A DNA stretch of 60,000 bases. Origin: Callorhinchus milii (taxonomy: Eukaryota). Shown here one piece after another: positions 9,901 through 19,500 of the stretch. How positions within the stretch are numbered: the stretch's first letter is position 1; each line of letters begins with the position of its first letter. Made by a program: the position numbers and the translations under genes. The stretch lies in contig NW_024704742.1 in assembly GCF_018977255.1 (NCBI RefSeq), positions 137,456,001 to 137,516,000 of the forward strand, written 5' to 3'. The notes below the pieces were generated by a model. It made no database searches. It worked only from the letters and a program-made list of their open reading frames with translations, and had not been told where the DNA came from.

Positions 9901-12646
9901 TTTCACGTCTTCTCGACGTCTCAAAGCGCTTCACTGTAAAGTGAATTGACCGTATATTTGTGGGCGAACGCGGCAGCCAATTGCGCACAGCAATGTCCCA
10001 CAAACAGTCGTAGATTGAAAATGACCAATTTATTATTGTTTGGTTTTGGAGGGATTATTATTAGGCTCTGTGTGGAGTAAGGAAACTTGCCCAAGGTTTC
10101 ACCCTCTGCCTGGAATTGAACCCTGGTGTCTCGCTTGCAAAGCGAGTGCTCTAACCACTGAGCTACAGGACTCAGCACTGTTCGAATAGAGAAGGAAGTT
10201 TCACTCTCCCACTATCCTGGACAACAATCCCCCAAATAAAATTGGTCACTTACTCCATGGCTGTTTGAGGGACACTGCTGTGCACAATTGGCTGCCACGT
10301 TATGCCCACAAAATACACAAACACTAAGCTCTTTGAAATGTCTACATCAAATACTATTATTATTATCATTTTTATATAAAACAAATATTGCGATACAGCA
10401 GCTATTTGGCTATTCAAATGCAAGGATTATTATTAGTGGGTGACACACAGCAAGACTGAGTTAGCTGGACAGAGGAATGTACGAGAAACAGACAAAATAA
10501 AAATCATTTCAAGTATACAACAAAACAAAGCTTTGGGGGCAGATATTTAACGTCAACTTTCCCACTGTCGGTAATCCAAGTGTTATAAAAGTTCTTACTT
10601 TGTTTTATACCCAGGCTGGAGATCTGTATGAAATCTTGCAAATACTCTCTGCGTTGGACAAACTGGTCTCACTCTCCAATGTGGAGCCCGTGAATCTGGG
10701 TTACACCAGAAACAGGTCATTGAAATCTTAAACAGCCCATTAACACACCACACTCCCATTAAAGGGGAAATAAGAGGGAGCACAGGGGAACCTGCTGGGG
10801 ACCGCTCTAACCAGAAGCTTCCGGCACTGATCAGATCATCAAGTCACTGGTGATGTTATTTCCTGTGCATTGTGCACATGCTGCTGCTGACAGCCGAGCT
10901 CAGTGGTAATGCTCTCGACTCTGATATAAGGCCGTGCGTTCAAACCCTACGTCGGGACATGGAATCTCAGTCTAAGCTGACACTCCAATGCAGTGCTGGG
11001 GAGGGGGCTGCTGCATTGTCGGAGGCATTGTCCTTTGGATTAAACTGAGCTCCCGCCTGTGTCCTGTTCAGGTGGATGTTAAAGATCCCATTGGCACTAT
11101 TGGAAAAGAGAAGGGAACTCCGCTTTCCCAGGCTTGGCCACTGTCAAGCGCTCTGGGACATTATGCTGTGTGAAGGGCACTATATAATTGTTGTTGTCGT
11201 CCTGGCTGACAATCCCCCAAATAAAATTAGTCACTTACTACTTGTCTGTTTGTGAGACATTACTGTGTACAATTGGCTGCCACATTTCACCCACAAATAC
11301 ACAATCAATACATTTTATTGTAAAATCCTGTGAAGGGATTTGGGACAACTTATACCAAGATGATGCGTGACCTGACCTCGCGTCTTCTCCTATACCAAGA
11401 GGCAACATCCCTCCACTTCCAAACGCTTCCCTTCACAAGCTGCAGATCATCCAAAGCTCTGCAGCTCGTGTACTCTCACACACCAGGCCCCGTGACCCCA
11501 TCACTCCCACCCTCGCCCGACTCCATTGGCTCCCCCTCCACCAGAGTTCAAGATCCTCGTCCTCACCTTTAAGGCCATCCATGGCCTCGCCCCCTCCTAT
11601 CTCTCTGACCTCCTGACTCCCTACCAACCTGCCCACTCCCTCCATTCATCGGGCTCCGGCTGCTCTATGTCTCCCGCCCGACCTACCATCAGTGACCGGG
11701 CTTTCAGCCTCTCTGCCCCCACACTCTGGAACTCCATCCCACGGTCCCTTCCCCTCGCTTCCTCCCTCGCCTCCTTCAAGGTTGGTCTCAAGACCCTTCT
11801 CTTCGATCGTGCCTTTGGTCTCCCTCCCACCCCTCTGCCTTCCCTCACCCCTACCCCACCCCTCCCTCATGCTCGGGCCCCGACACCTTTGTGTCAGCGC
11901 TTTGCCAAAGTGAAAGGCGTCTCTATAAATGTCATTTTGTTGTTGTTGTTCCCTCCTGTATCAAGATAGCAACATCGTGGAGTCCTGTAGCTCAGTGGTT
12001 AGAGCACTCGCTTTGTAAGTGAGAGACCTGAGTTCAATTCCAGGCAGAGGGCGAAACCTTGGGCAAGTTTCCTTACTCCACACAGAGCCTAATAATAATC
12101 CTCCAAAAAAAAACAATAATAAATTGGTCATTTCCAATCTACGACTGTTTGTGGGACATTGCTGTGCGCAATTGGCTGCCGCGTTCTCCCACAGATATAC
12201 AGTCAATTCACTTGAATTGAACACAGTGTGTTCTGTGAAGCGCTTTGGGACGTCCTCCCGACGTGAAAAGCGCTATATCAAATGCAAGGATTATTATTAA
12301 TATTATCGCTCTGCTTCCTCTCCCATACCAAGATGGCTGCCGGGGCCTGTTTCCTCTCCTATACCAAGATGGCGGCCGGGGCCTGTTTCCTCTCCTATAC
12401 CAAGATGGCGGCCGGGGCCTGTTTCCTCTCCTATACCAAGATGGCCGAACCGTTCGATACGCACTCGCATTAAGCGATTGCCGGGAGACAGTAACCAATC
12501 GGTGTTGAGGTGATGGAGCGGGGAAAAGTGAAACTATATGTAAAAAAACTAATTCGTGGTGTATTTATGGTAAATTTATGTTGGTGTCGGAATCCGGAGA
12601 TTAAGAACCGGCGGCTGGCGCCTACCTCCCCGCCGTCCGTGTCCAT
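888..12646 (-). CDS. HAUS1: HAUS augmin-like complex subunit 1, complete 9-exon CDS, 275 aa
   Basis: complement(join(888..944,1731..1778,2818..2889,3751..3816,4308..4431,5683..5811,8848..8983,9342..9516,12626..12646)) = 828 nt, all GT-AG, phases consistent. Peptides [51 protein letters not shown] match vertebrate HAUS1 as recalled; syntenic with ATP5F1A. Confidence 0.93.
1072..1176 (+). mobile_element. SINE tRNA-like head (3'-truncated or interrupted)
   Basis: Same head sequence as 108-415. Confidence 0.85.
1731..1778 (-). CDS. HAUS1: HAUS1 exon 8
   Basis: gcag|[16 protein letters not shown]|gtaagt, 48 nt. Confidence 0.93.
2818..2889 (-). CDS. HAUS1: HAUS1 exon 7
   Basis: acag|[24 protein letters not shown]|gtatgt, 72 nt. 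Confidence 0.92.
3371..3743 (+). mobile_element. Older long-form tRNA SINE
   Basis: Diverged head, extra internal segment, (TTA)n tail. Confidence 0.8.
3751..3816 (-). CDS. HAUS1: HAUS1 exon 6
   Basis: tcag|[22 protein letters not shown]|gtcagt, 66 nt. Confidence 0.9.
4308..4431 (-). CDS. HAUS1: HAUS1 exon 5
   Basis: tcag|[41 protein letters not shown]|gtgagt, 124 nt. Confidence 0.9.
4490..4680. repeat. Shark-type ~60-bp tandem repeat (ctccctctacactgtccatccacactcccaggtcag...)
   Basis: About 3 degenerate units; reverse-complement copy at 56100-56270. Confidence 0.65.
5683..5811 (-). CDS. HAUS1: HAUS1 exon 4
   Basis: ctag|[42 protein letters not shown]|gtgagt, 129 nt. Confidence 0.9.
6040..7660 (-). 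mobile_element. L2 LINE 3' portion with decayed reverse transcriptase
   Basis: [16 protein letters not shown] and [41 protein letters not shown]; interrupted by a SINE at 6778-7099. Confidence 0.88.
6778..7099 (+). mobile_element. Young tRNA SINE, full length
   Basis: Near-identical to copies at 11979, 52520 and 55645. Confidence 0.92.
8350..8830. repeat. 24-bp G-rich minisatellite in HAUS1 intron 3
   Basis: 17 copies of ACCTGATTTGGG at ~24-bp period. Confidence 0.95.
8848..8983 (-). CDS. HAUS1: HAUS1 exon 3
   Basis: gcag|..[44 protein letters not shown]|gtaacc, 136 nt. Confidence 0.92.
9342..9516 (-). CDS. HAUS1: HAUS1 exon 2
   Basis: ggtag|[58 protein letters not shown]|gtcagt, 175 nt. 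Confidence 0.93.
9864..10173 (-). mobile_element. tRNA SINE inserted into an older Deu-SINE
   Basis: Full head and tail; flanks 9805-9860 and 10175-10350 are two halves of a Deu-SINE. Confidence 0.88.
10895..11350 (+). mobile_element. Ancient DeuSINE (SacSINE1/AmnSINE1-like)
   Basis: gctgacactccaatgcagtgctgggag...caggtggatgttaaagatcccat; related copies near 2980, 8040, 26700, 27370, 34310, 48000 and 57710. Confidence 0.7.
11410..11950 (+). mobile_element. L2 LINE 3' fragment with flanking direct repeat
   Basis: [23 protein letters not shown]; (TTG)n tail; ctcct(a/g)ta(c/t)caaga..gcaacatc on both sides. Confidence 0.88.
11979..12300 (+). mobile_element. Young tRNA SINE, full length
   Basis: Complete head, core and tail. 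Confidence 0.92.
12311..12446 (+). repeat. 36-bp tandem repeat, each unit carrying a YY1-type CAAGATGGC motif
   Basis: About 3.8 units; CAAGATGGC at 12329, 12365, 12401 and 12437. Confidence 0.9.
12626..12646 (-). CDS. HAUS1: HAUS1 exon 1 (MDTDGGE)
   Basis: ATG in good context (gaggATGG) inside a CpG-rich region, donor GAG|gtaggc, phase 0 matches exon 2. Confidence 0.75.
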
Positions 12647-12649
12647 CCT

Positions 12650-12790
12650 CGGCCTCTTCACCGCAAAATAAACTTCAAACCGCCGCCGCTCCCGCCATCG
12701 GACTCACTCACTCCCAGCATCCTCCGCGGCCCCCGCCACGCCCCCCACCGTGACGTCGCCAGTGGAAGCCACGCCCCCGCCTCTGACTGA
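12650..12790 (-). promoter_or_regulatory. HAUS1 CpG-rich promoter/5' UTR
   Basis: CpG-dense; CRE-like GTGACGTC (~12750), GGAAG, two CCACGCCCCC Sp/KLF boxes upstream of the ATG. Confidence 0.6.
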
Positions 12791-12834
12791 CAGGAATCTG
12801 ATACAATAGCATCTGTACCAAGAAGCAGATACTG

Positions 12835-13095
12835 TAATAATAATAATAATAATCCTCGCATTTGATATAGCGCTTTTCACGTCGGGAGGACGTCCCAAAG
12901 CGCTTCACAGAACACACTGTAAAGTGAATTGACTGTATATTTGTGGGTGAACGCGGCAGCCAATTGCGCACAGCAATGTCCCACAAACAGTTGTAGATCG
13001 AAAATGACCAACCCAAGGTTTCGCCCTCTGCCTGGAATTGAACTCAGGTCTCTAGCTTGCAAAGCGAGTGCTCAACCACTGAGCTACAGGACTCC
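12835..13095 (-). mobile_element. Young tRNA SINE with internal deletion
   Basis: Lacks the segment between ...aaccttggg and ttggtcatttt. Confidence 0.9.
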
Positions 13096-13103
13096 ACAAA
13101 TAA

Positions 13104-13989
13104 TAACCAACCAACCAAAACAACCAACCCAACCAACCAATCAACCCAACCAACCAACCAACCCAACCAACCAACCAACCACCCAACCCAACCAACCAAC
13201 CCAACCAACCAACCCAACCAACCAACCACCCAACCCACCCAACCAACCAACCCACCCAACCAACCCACCCAACCAACCCACCAACCAACCCAAACAACCA
13301 ACCAACCCACCCAACCAACCCACCAACCCAAACAACCCAACCCACCAACCAACCCAACCACCCAACCCAAACAACCAACCCAAACAACCAACCCAAACAA
13401 CCAACCAACCCACCCAACCCACCAACCCAAACAACCCAACCACCCAACCACCCAACCAACCAACCCAAACAACCAACCCAAACAACCAACCCAAACAACC
13501 AACCCAAACAACCCAACCACCCAACCAAGCAACCCAACCACCCAACCAACCAACCCAACCACCCAACCAACCAAACCACCCAACCAACCCAACCACCCAA
13601 CCAACCCAACCATCCAACCAACCAAACCACCCAACCAACCCAAACAACCAACCAACCCAAACAACCAACCAACCCAAACAACCAACCAACCAACCCAACC
13701 AACCAACCCAACCAACCAACCAACCAACCAAACCACCCAACCAACCAACCACCCAACCAACCACCCAACCAACCACCCAACCAACCAACCCAACCAACCC
13801 AAACAACCAACCCAAACAACCAACCCAACTAACCAACCCAAACAACCAACCAACCCAAACAACCAACCAACCCAAACAACCAACCCAAACAACCAACCAA
13901 CCCAAACAACCAACCAACCCAACCCAACCAACCCAACCAGCCCAACCAACCAACCAGCCCACCAGCCCAACCAACCAAACAACCCAACC
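13104..13989. repeat. ~890-bp (CCAA)n/(CCCAA)n microsatellite
   Basis: Almost purely A/C on the plus strand. Confidence 0.97.
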
Positions 13990-14702
13990 TCACTCACTCA
14001 CACTCACTCTCTCACTGGGCGGCGCGGGTAGGATTGGTTGCCCTTTGTATCCGGAGTTGGTGGTCACACAGTGTGAACAATGATACGTGAATCTGTTTAT
14101 AGAGAGAAGCTGTTGCCCACACAGTAACCACACTGTTAGGCGGCTACAGCATGACCTGGTGTCAGGCAATATCCAATTGCATTGTTAACCGCACCGGCAG
14201 ATACTGTTACCCCTGGAAAGTGATCCGCCAATCGACTAATAACCACTTACTGCTGTATAAACAGAGGCGGATGAAGTGAGGAAACGTGACTAAAGTTTTG
14301 CCCTGCCCAGGAATTGAACCGCAGCAACTGGCCTGCTCTGTGGGGGACGCTAATTGCTCCGAGACTCCGCCTGGTGTGAAGGGCGCTTATATAAATGCAA
14401 ATTGTTGTTGACGTACAGCAGGGCCAGTCTTAGACCAGCAACACTCAATCCACTGTGCACAAAACTTGATCAACCTCAACTTCAGGCTGCTTTAAAATGA
14501 AACTAACCAAAGGAATTGTCAGATTAGTGAAGGGAGTTTCTCCCCGTGTCCTGGCCTCCAGTCCTCAGATACGTCAGTCATTCACTTCATGGCTGTTCAC
14601 CGGACGTTGCTGGGTACAAATTGTATGCTCGCATTCGCCTGCAAATATAGTCACTGCACTTTACAGTAAAATTCTGTGATGCACTATCGATGCAATAGGT
14701 GC

Positions 14703-15100
14703 TTTTTTTTTGGTCAGCTGAGTGTCTGACAAATGCGGAAACCCATCACCATGTTTAAGAGTATCCAAACCAAGAATTACATGCATCCCACCAACACATG
14801 GAAATCCCAGAGAAAAATTTGTTGGAATGGAATGCGCACTCTCTCCCTGGAAGAACATACCCTGCTTACCTAATTCCAGAAAGTATTAGGCGCAGGTTGG
14901 CAAGAGCCAAGGTTTTGGGACCCCAGAGTATGCATTGGGGTAACTACTGGAGTCCAACCAGCTAAGACCACATAGTTTGCCATTGAGAGCACCATTTGGC
15001 AAACTTTCCCGCTGTTTGTCCAGTTAGGAACACCCCATTTATTAGAGCTTTGGCTTGCAGGGTTAACAGGAGCTGAGGGGGAGGATTTCCTGCTCCCTGC
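14703..15100 (-). mobile_element. Unclassified ~400-bp A-tailed interspersed repeat
   Basis: Homologous copies near 4058, 5040, 22610, 24620, 27050, 39470 and 54345; A-run at one end. Confidence 0.7.
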
Positions 15101-15178
15101 AGAAAAGATGCTGTATCAAACGCAAGGATTATTATAACTAAGTGTTTGTCTGACAGCAGAAATTAGGAAAGAACGTGA

Positions 15179-15198
15179 TTTATTACAAGACTTTTATT
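15179..15198 (-). terminator. Tandem AATAAA poly(A) signals, probable end of a ~1.3 kb tspan36 3' UTR
   Basis: tttatt at 15179-15184 and 15193-15198; 15140-16450 lacks the interspersed repeats that saturate the flanks. Confidence 0.6.
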
Positions 15199-16450
15199 AT
15201 TAACACAACCACAGTCATTCCAGGTTCTGTAAAAGCAGTTAAAAAGCTAAACACACAAATCATCATGGCATTAGTTACAAAGAGTGAAATTATTCCAGGT
15301 GAGTGAGTGTCAGTGATCAGCTACTTCGCGTGGAGAGGATGTGCAACAGATAGCATCAGTACCCAACCCTGCTCTAAACCAGAGCAACTCCCAATAGGAC
15401 ATCCCAGCTTAAGTTATCCCTCAGAGAATGGCCACAGAACCTCCCAATTACTCAGTGCCAGGAGCAGTGAGTGATCGCTCCAGGAAGCTCAGCCGTGAGG
15501 GCCACAGCCACAACTGGTACACACTCCGCTCCCAGACCAGGATCACCAGGGCACCCAAGACTACGCCAACAGGGAGGGGGAGTTGTCCATTGACCCAGAG
15601 CTCCTTGGTTGAGCTATGAACCTCCATTCCCCCCACTCCAAACCACCCCTGAGCTATTCATGAAGACAGACCATCCTCCAACCCCCCCCCCCATGTGCCT
15701 AAATGGATGAAAAATCCCCACTTCGTGAACTATGCCCTTTAATTGACCAGGTTATGACCTCACTTACATTTGCCGATTTGCTGGGTCAGGTTCAGTACCG
15801 GGGGTGGGTTGGGGTGGGTAGAAAGAGAAAAGAAAGGAAGGAAATCTCTCCATTCAGGTTGGTTGTGGTGACAGAATTAATCAATGGTTGTGTTGAGAGC
15901 AGCCAAAAATTCATCACTGGGATAGAAGCAGAATTCTGTCAGTCAGTCTGGTGTCTTCAGGAGCGAACAGCAAGCTATCTAATATTTGTGATGCGGAGGG
16001 AGGGAGGGAGGTGAAGACTCTGCTCAGGAGGGGCTCTGGAAAGCGTAGGAAGGAGTCATTGAGTGGTGTGTGGTCAGGTACAGTCAATGCAGTTGGTGAG
16101 GGGAGGCGCATTATAGCTCAAACTCAGTACCAAGCAGCCGGCTTCCTTTCGAGAATCTGGATCTTAGAATAAGAGAGAGAGAGCGAGAGGGGGGGGATAG
16201 GGAGGGGAAGGGGAAGACCTAAATAGAGAGAAAAAAAATGGATTTGACAGAAACACATTTTAAGTTGGACATCTGGTCAGCGTGATTTTCATATTAGCGC
16301 CAAACCCATCAGTGACCTTTACACCACTCCCCCCCCCCGCCCGCCCCAATATGCCTGAGAACATTGACATCGAGTTAACCTAGTGCAAAGTGCTGGCGAG
16401 ATTCTTTCATCAATGATTCTGTTGGCAGCCATCCCCCACTGCAGGAGGCC

Positions 16451-16549
16451 TCAGGCGTAAGTGCCCCTGTACAGGCCCGAGGAGAGTGGCTCGTAAGTGT
16501 TCCGACGCCGTCGGCAGCCAATCACACAGATGCTGATCATCCCGAAAAA
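16451..16549 (-). CDS. tspan36: tspan36 exon 7 (terminal coding part)
   Basis: ccag|FFGMISICVIGCRRRRNTYEPLSSGLYRGTYA*. Confidence 0.92.
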   Translation of the reverse strand, partial: FFGMISICVIGCRRRRNTYEPLSSGLYRGTYA

Positions 16550-19500
16550 CTGGAAAGAAAAAAAATTTCAGCGAGGATCAGCTAGTTTATCATAATGATC
16601 CTTGCACTTGATACAGCGCCTTATTATGTCGTGGAGATGCGTCAAACCGCTTCACAGGATATACTGCGAAGTGAATTGAGTACATATTTTGTGGGTGAAA
16701 CGCGGCAGCCAATTACCCACAGCAGCGTCCCACAAACAGTCGTGGATTGAGCGACCACATTATTATTTTTCGAGGAGGGATTATTCCCCCCGGAAAGCGA
16801 TCCGCCAATCAACTAACAACCAGGTTCCTACTTACTGCTAGGTTTGAATGAAGCGGGAACAGAGGTGTGTGGAGTAAGGAACTTGCCTAAGGTTTCGCCC
16901 CGCCCTTTCGCTTGCGAGATGAGTGGTCTAATCACTGCGCTATAGCCACATTTGCTTAACACGTGGCACTAGAGACAAGGCACACAGAACCAAACACATG
17001 GCCATTGATGGTCTTCTCCCCCCCCCCCCCCCCCCCCCCATGCAATCCAACAATAGTTGTGGGAACCACAAGAGTCCAAGAGAAACAAACAGTACCTTAA
17101 TGATGGCGAATACTAGGATGACCAGCACGGCGTAGCTAAGGATGGATTCCAATCCCATCTGCAGTTTGTTCTCACAGCCCTACAGTCAGAGAAAGAGCAG
17201 GTGGTCAGTACTGCAAGGGATAACCCTCCCCAGAGCAGTGCGGGGTCTCTAACCTTGGCCTGAACAGGTACAGACGAGACCAAAGTTTCACATCTCAACC
17301 AAAGGACGGCATCTCTGACAATGCAGCACCGCACTGCTGTGTCAGCCCAGACTGAGCTCAAGAGTCCAACTTGGGGCTCAAACCATCATACTTCTGCCCG
17401 GGAATTGAACTCGGATCCTCTCGTTTGCGAGGCAAGTGCTCTAACCACCCGGCTACAGGAGCTCATACGTCGTTCATCCTCAAACTCAATCCACCAGAAC
17501 GAGTGAAGCAGGAACAAGCACAACCGGCCCAGTGGGAAGTCAGTGTTGTGGGGTTATCGGGCTCATGTTCCCCCCCAACCCCCCCACCAAATCACTTTGA
17601 CGTTGGCCTAAACTGACTCACTTGCCTATAGCTTTTCACAAATGAGTTGCTGCTTAACTGCCCATAGTTCGTCCTGACCTCAGCCCCCATCTGAAACCTT
17701 TGACCCCTGATCTGCTCCAGGGTGTGTGTTGGGATGGGAGTGTGGGGGGGTGGAGAAAGAGTGAGTACCTTTGTGTTGATCAGCTCTGTGTGGTTTAAGC
17801 TGCCAGTGCAGTTAGAGAACGAGGCTCTACAGCAGCTGATGGGGACACTGTAGTTATTGGCCTTGGCAAACCACTCAGTGCTCAGCCAGTACGTATAGTT
17901 GTTGACTCCACAGCACTGCATCTAGAGAGAGAGAGAAAAAGACACATGAGGCCATCCTTAGGCCTCCTCCCCACCCCTCCCCTCCGTAACTGGTTGTGGA
18001 ATCTGTGTGACTTGCTAACCCATATCGGCTCAGCAGGCTCCCCGACCTGCCTGGCCTTTTCAACTCTTCCCTCCTCAAGCTGCAGATCATCCAGAACTCT
18101 GCAGCTCATGTCCTCTCCTGCACCAGGCTCCATGATCCCATCACCCTCACGCAGCTCCACTGGCCCCCCCATTCCCCAGAGGATAGAGTTCAAAATCCTT
18201 GTCCTTGCCTTCAAAGCCCTCCACTGCTCCTCCCTACCTCTGTGACCTGCTAACTCCATATCGACCTGTCCACTCCCTCCGCTGAGCAGGCTCTGGCCTG
18301 CCTGCTCCACGTAACCCTCACCATCTTCAGCCTCTCTGCCCCCACCCTTTGGAACTCCATCTCACAGTCCCTTCACCTTGCTCCCTCCCTTGCCTCGTTC
18401 AAGACCCTCCTCTTCGATTGCACCTTCGGTCACCCTCCTAGCCCTCTTGTCCTCCTCTCCTTCTGATCCCAAACCTCACCTCGGATCCAAATCCCTGACT
18501 GTCCGGCACCTTCTGACATAAAAGGCGTAGTGTAAATCTAATTTGTTGTTGTTGTGGGCAGAACCACATGCGTCAAGCTCACCTCTTTCTGCAGGTAATC
18601 CACAGCCCGGCTATCCGCGTTCGTCCCATCATATTTCTTGAAGACGATGGTCATGGAGCCGTCCACACCCTCATGTACCTGTGGGCACAACACCCGTTGT
18701 CAACAACAACTGGGATTTGTATAGTGCGCCTCACGCAGGGGCAAGTCCCAGAGCACTCAACATCAGACGGTTCCCCACACTCAAAGAACGGAAATGGGTC
18801 ATCAGCAATCTAACTCCAGCCCCCTGCCCCCCCATGTCTCCAACGCCAGCGCACCCACCCTAAACTCCCATCTTTGCACCCCTCACCCCGCCTAAGGTTT
18901 CACCCCACCTGGGAATCAAGCCAGGGTCCTCTCGCTTGGTAACCACTATGCGACTCCAACCTCAGCCCCTACCTCAACACCAGACCCCAAAGGCCCCCCC
19001 CCCACCAACCTATACCCCAAGGTTCACTGGCAATGCTAGCCTCTACTCATCTGAAATCAAACAAGTCAATGGGTAGGTGCTGGGGTGGTGTGTGTGTAAG
19101 GGAGAGTCAGTCTCCTCCCACAATCAGCTTGTATGTTGGGGGTGGGGGAGCAAGTTCAGCACTGACCTGTTTCCTGAAGATGACCGCCATCACAAAGGCC
19201 GTCACCTCAGCAGTGAAGATCAGGAGGAGAATGAAAAGGAACTGTAGTGGGGGAACGGGGAGAAGACATGTTAGCAACAAACTGGCAAGCAGCTCATCAG
19301 CACAGATTTTCTTACCCACCACCCCCTCCCACCAGGTAGCTCCAGGTAACCACAGTCCAAATCCTTGACTCTCAGGCCTTCAGTGTCTCTGCTCCCACCC
19401 TCTGGAACTCCATCCCTCAATCCCTTCAACTGGCCCCTCCCTTGCCTCCTTCAAGGCCCGTCTCAAGACCCTCCTCTTCGACCGAGCTTTTAGTCACCCT

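Noticed and set aside
11979..12050. tRNA-Ala(TGC) genes (here and at other SINE heads)
   Set aside because: No proper acceptor stem, and each continues into SINE body and tail.
12929..14083. Long ORFs of 258-384 aa (QPTN-rich or GWLV-rich)
   Set aside because: Translations of the (CCAA)n microsatellite and the adjacent SINE.
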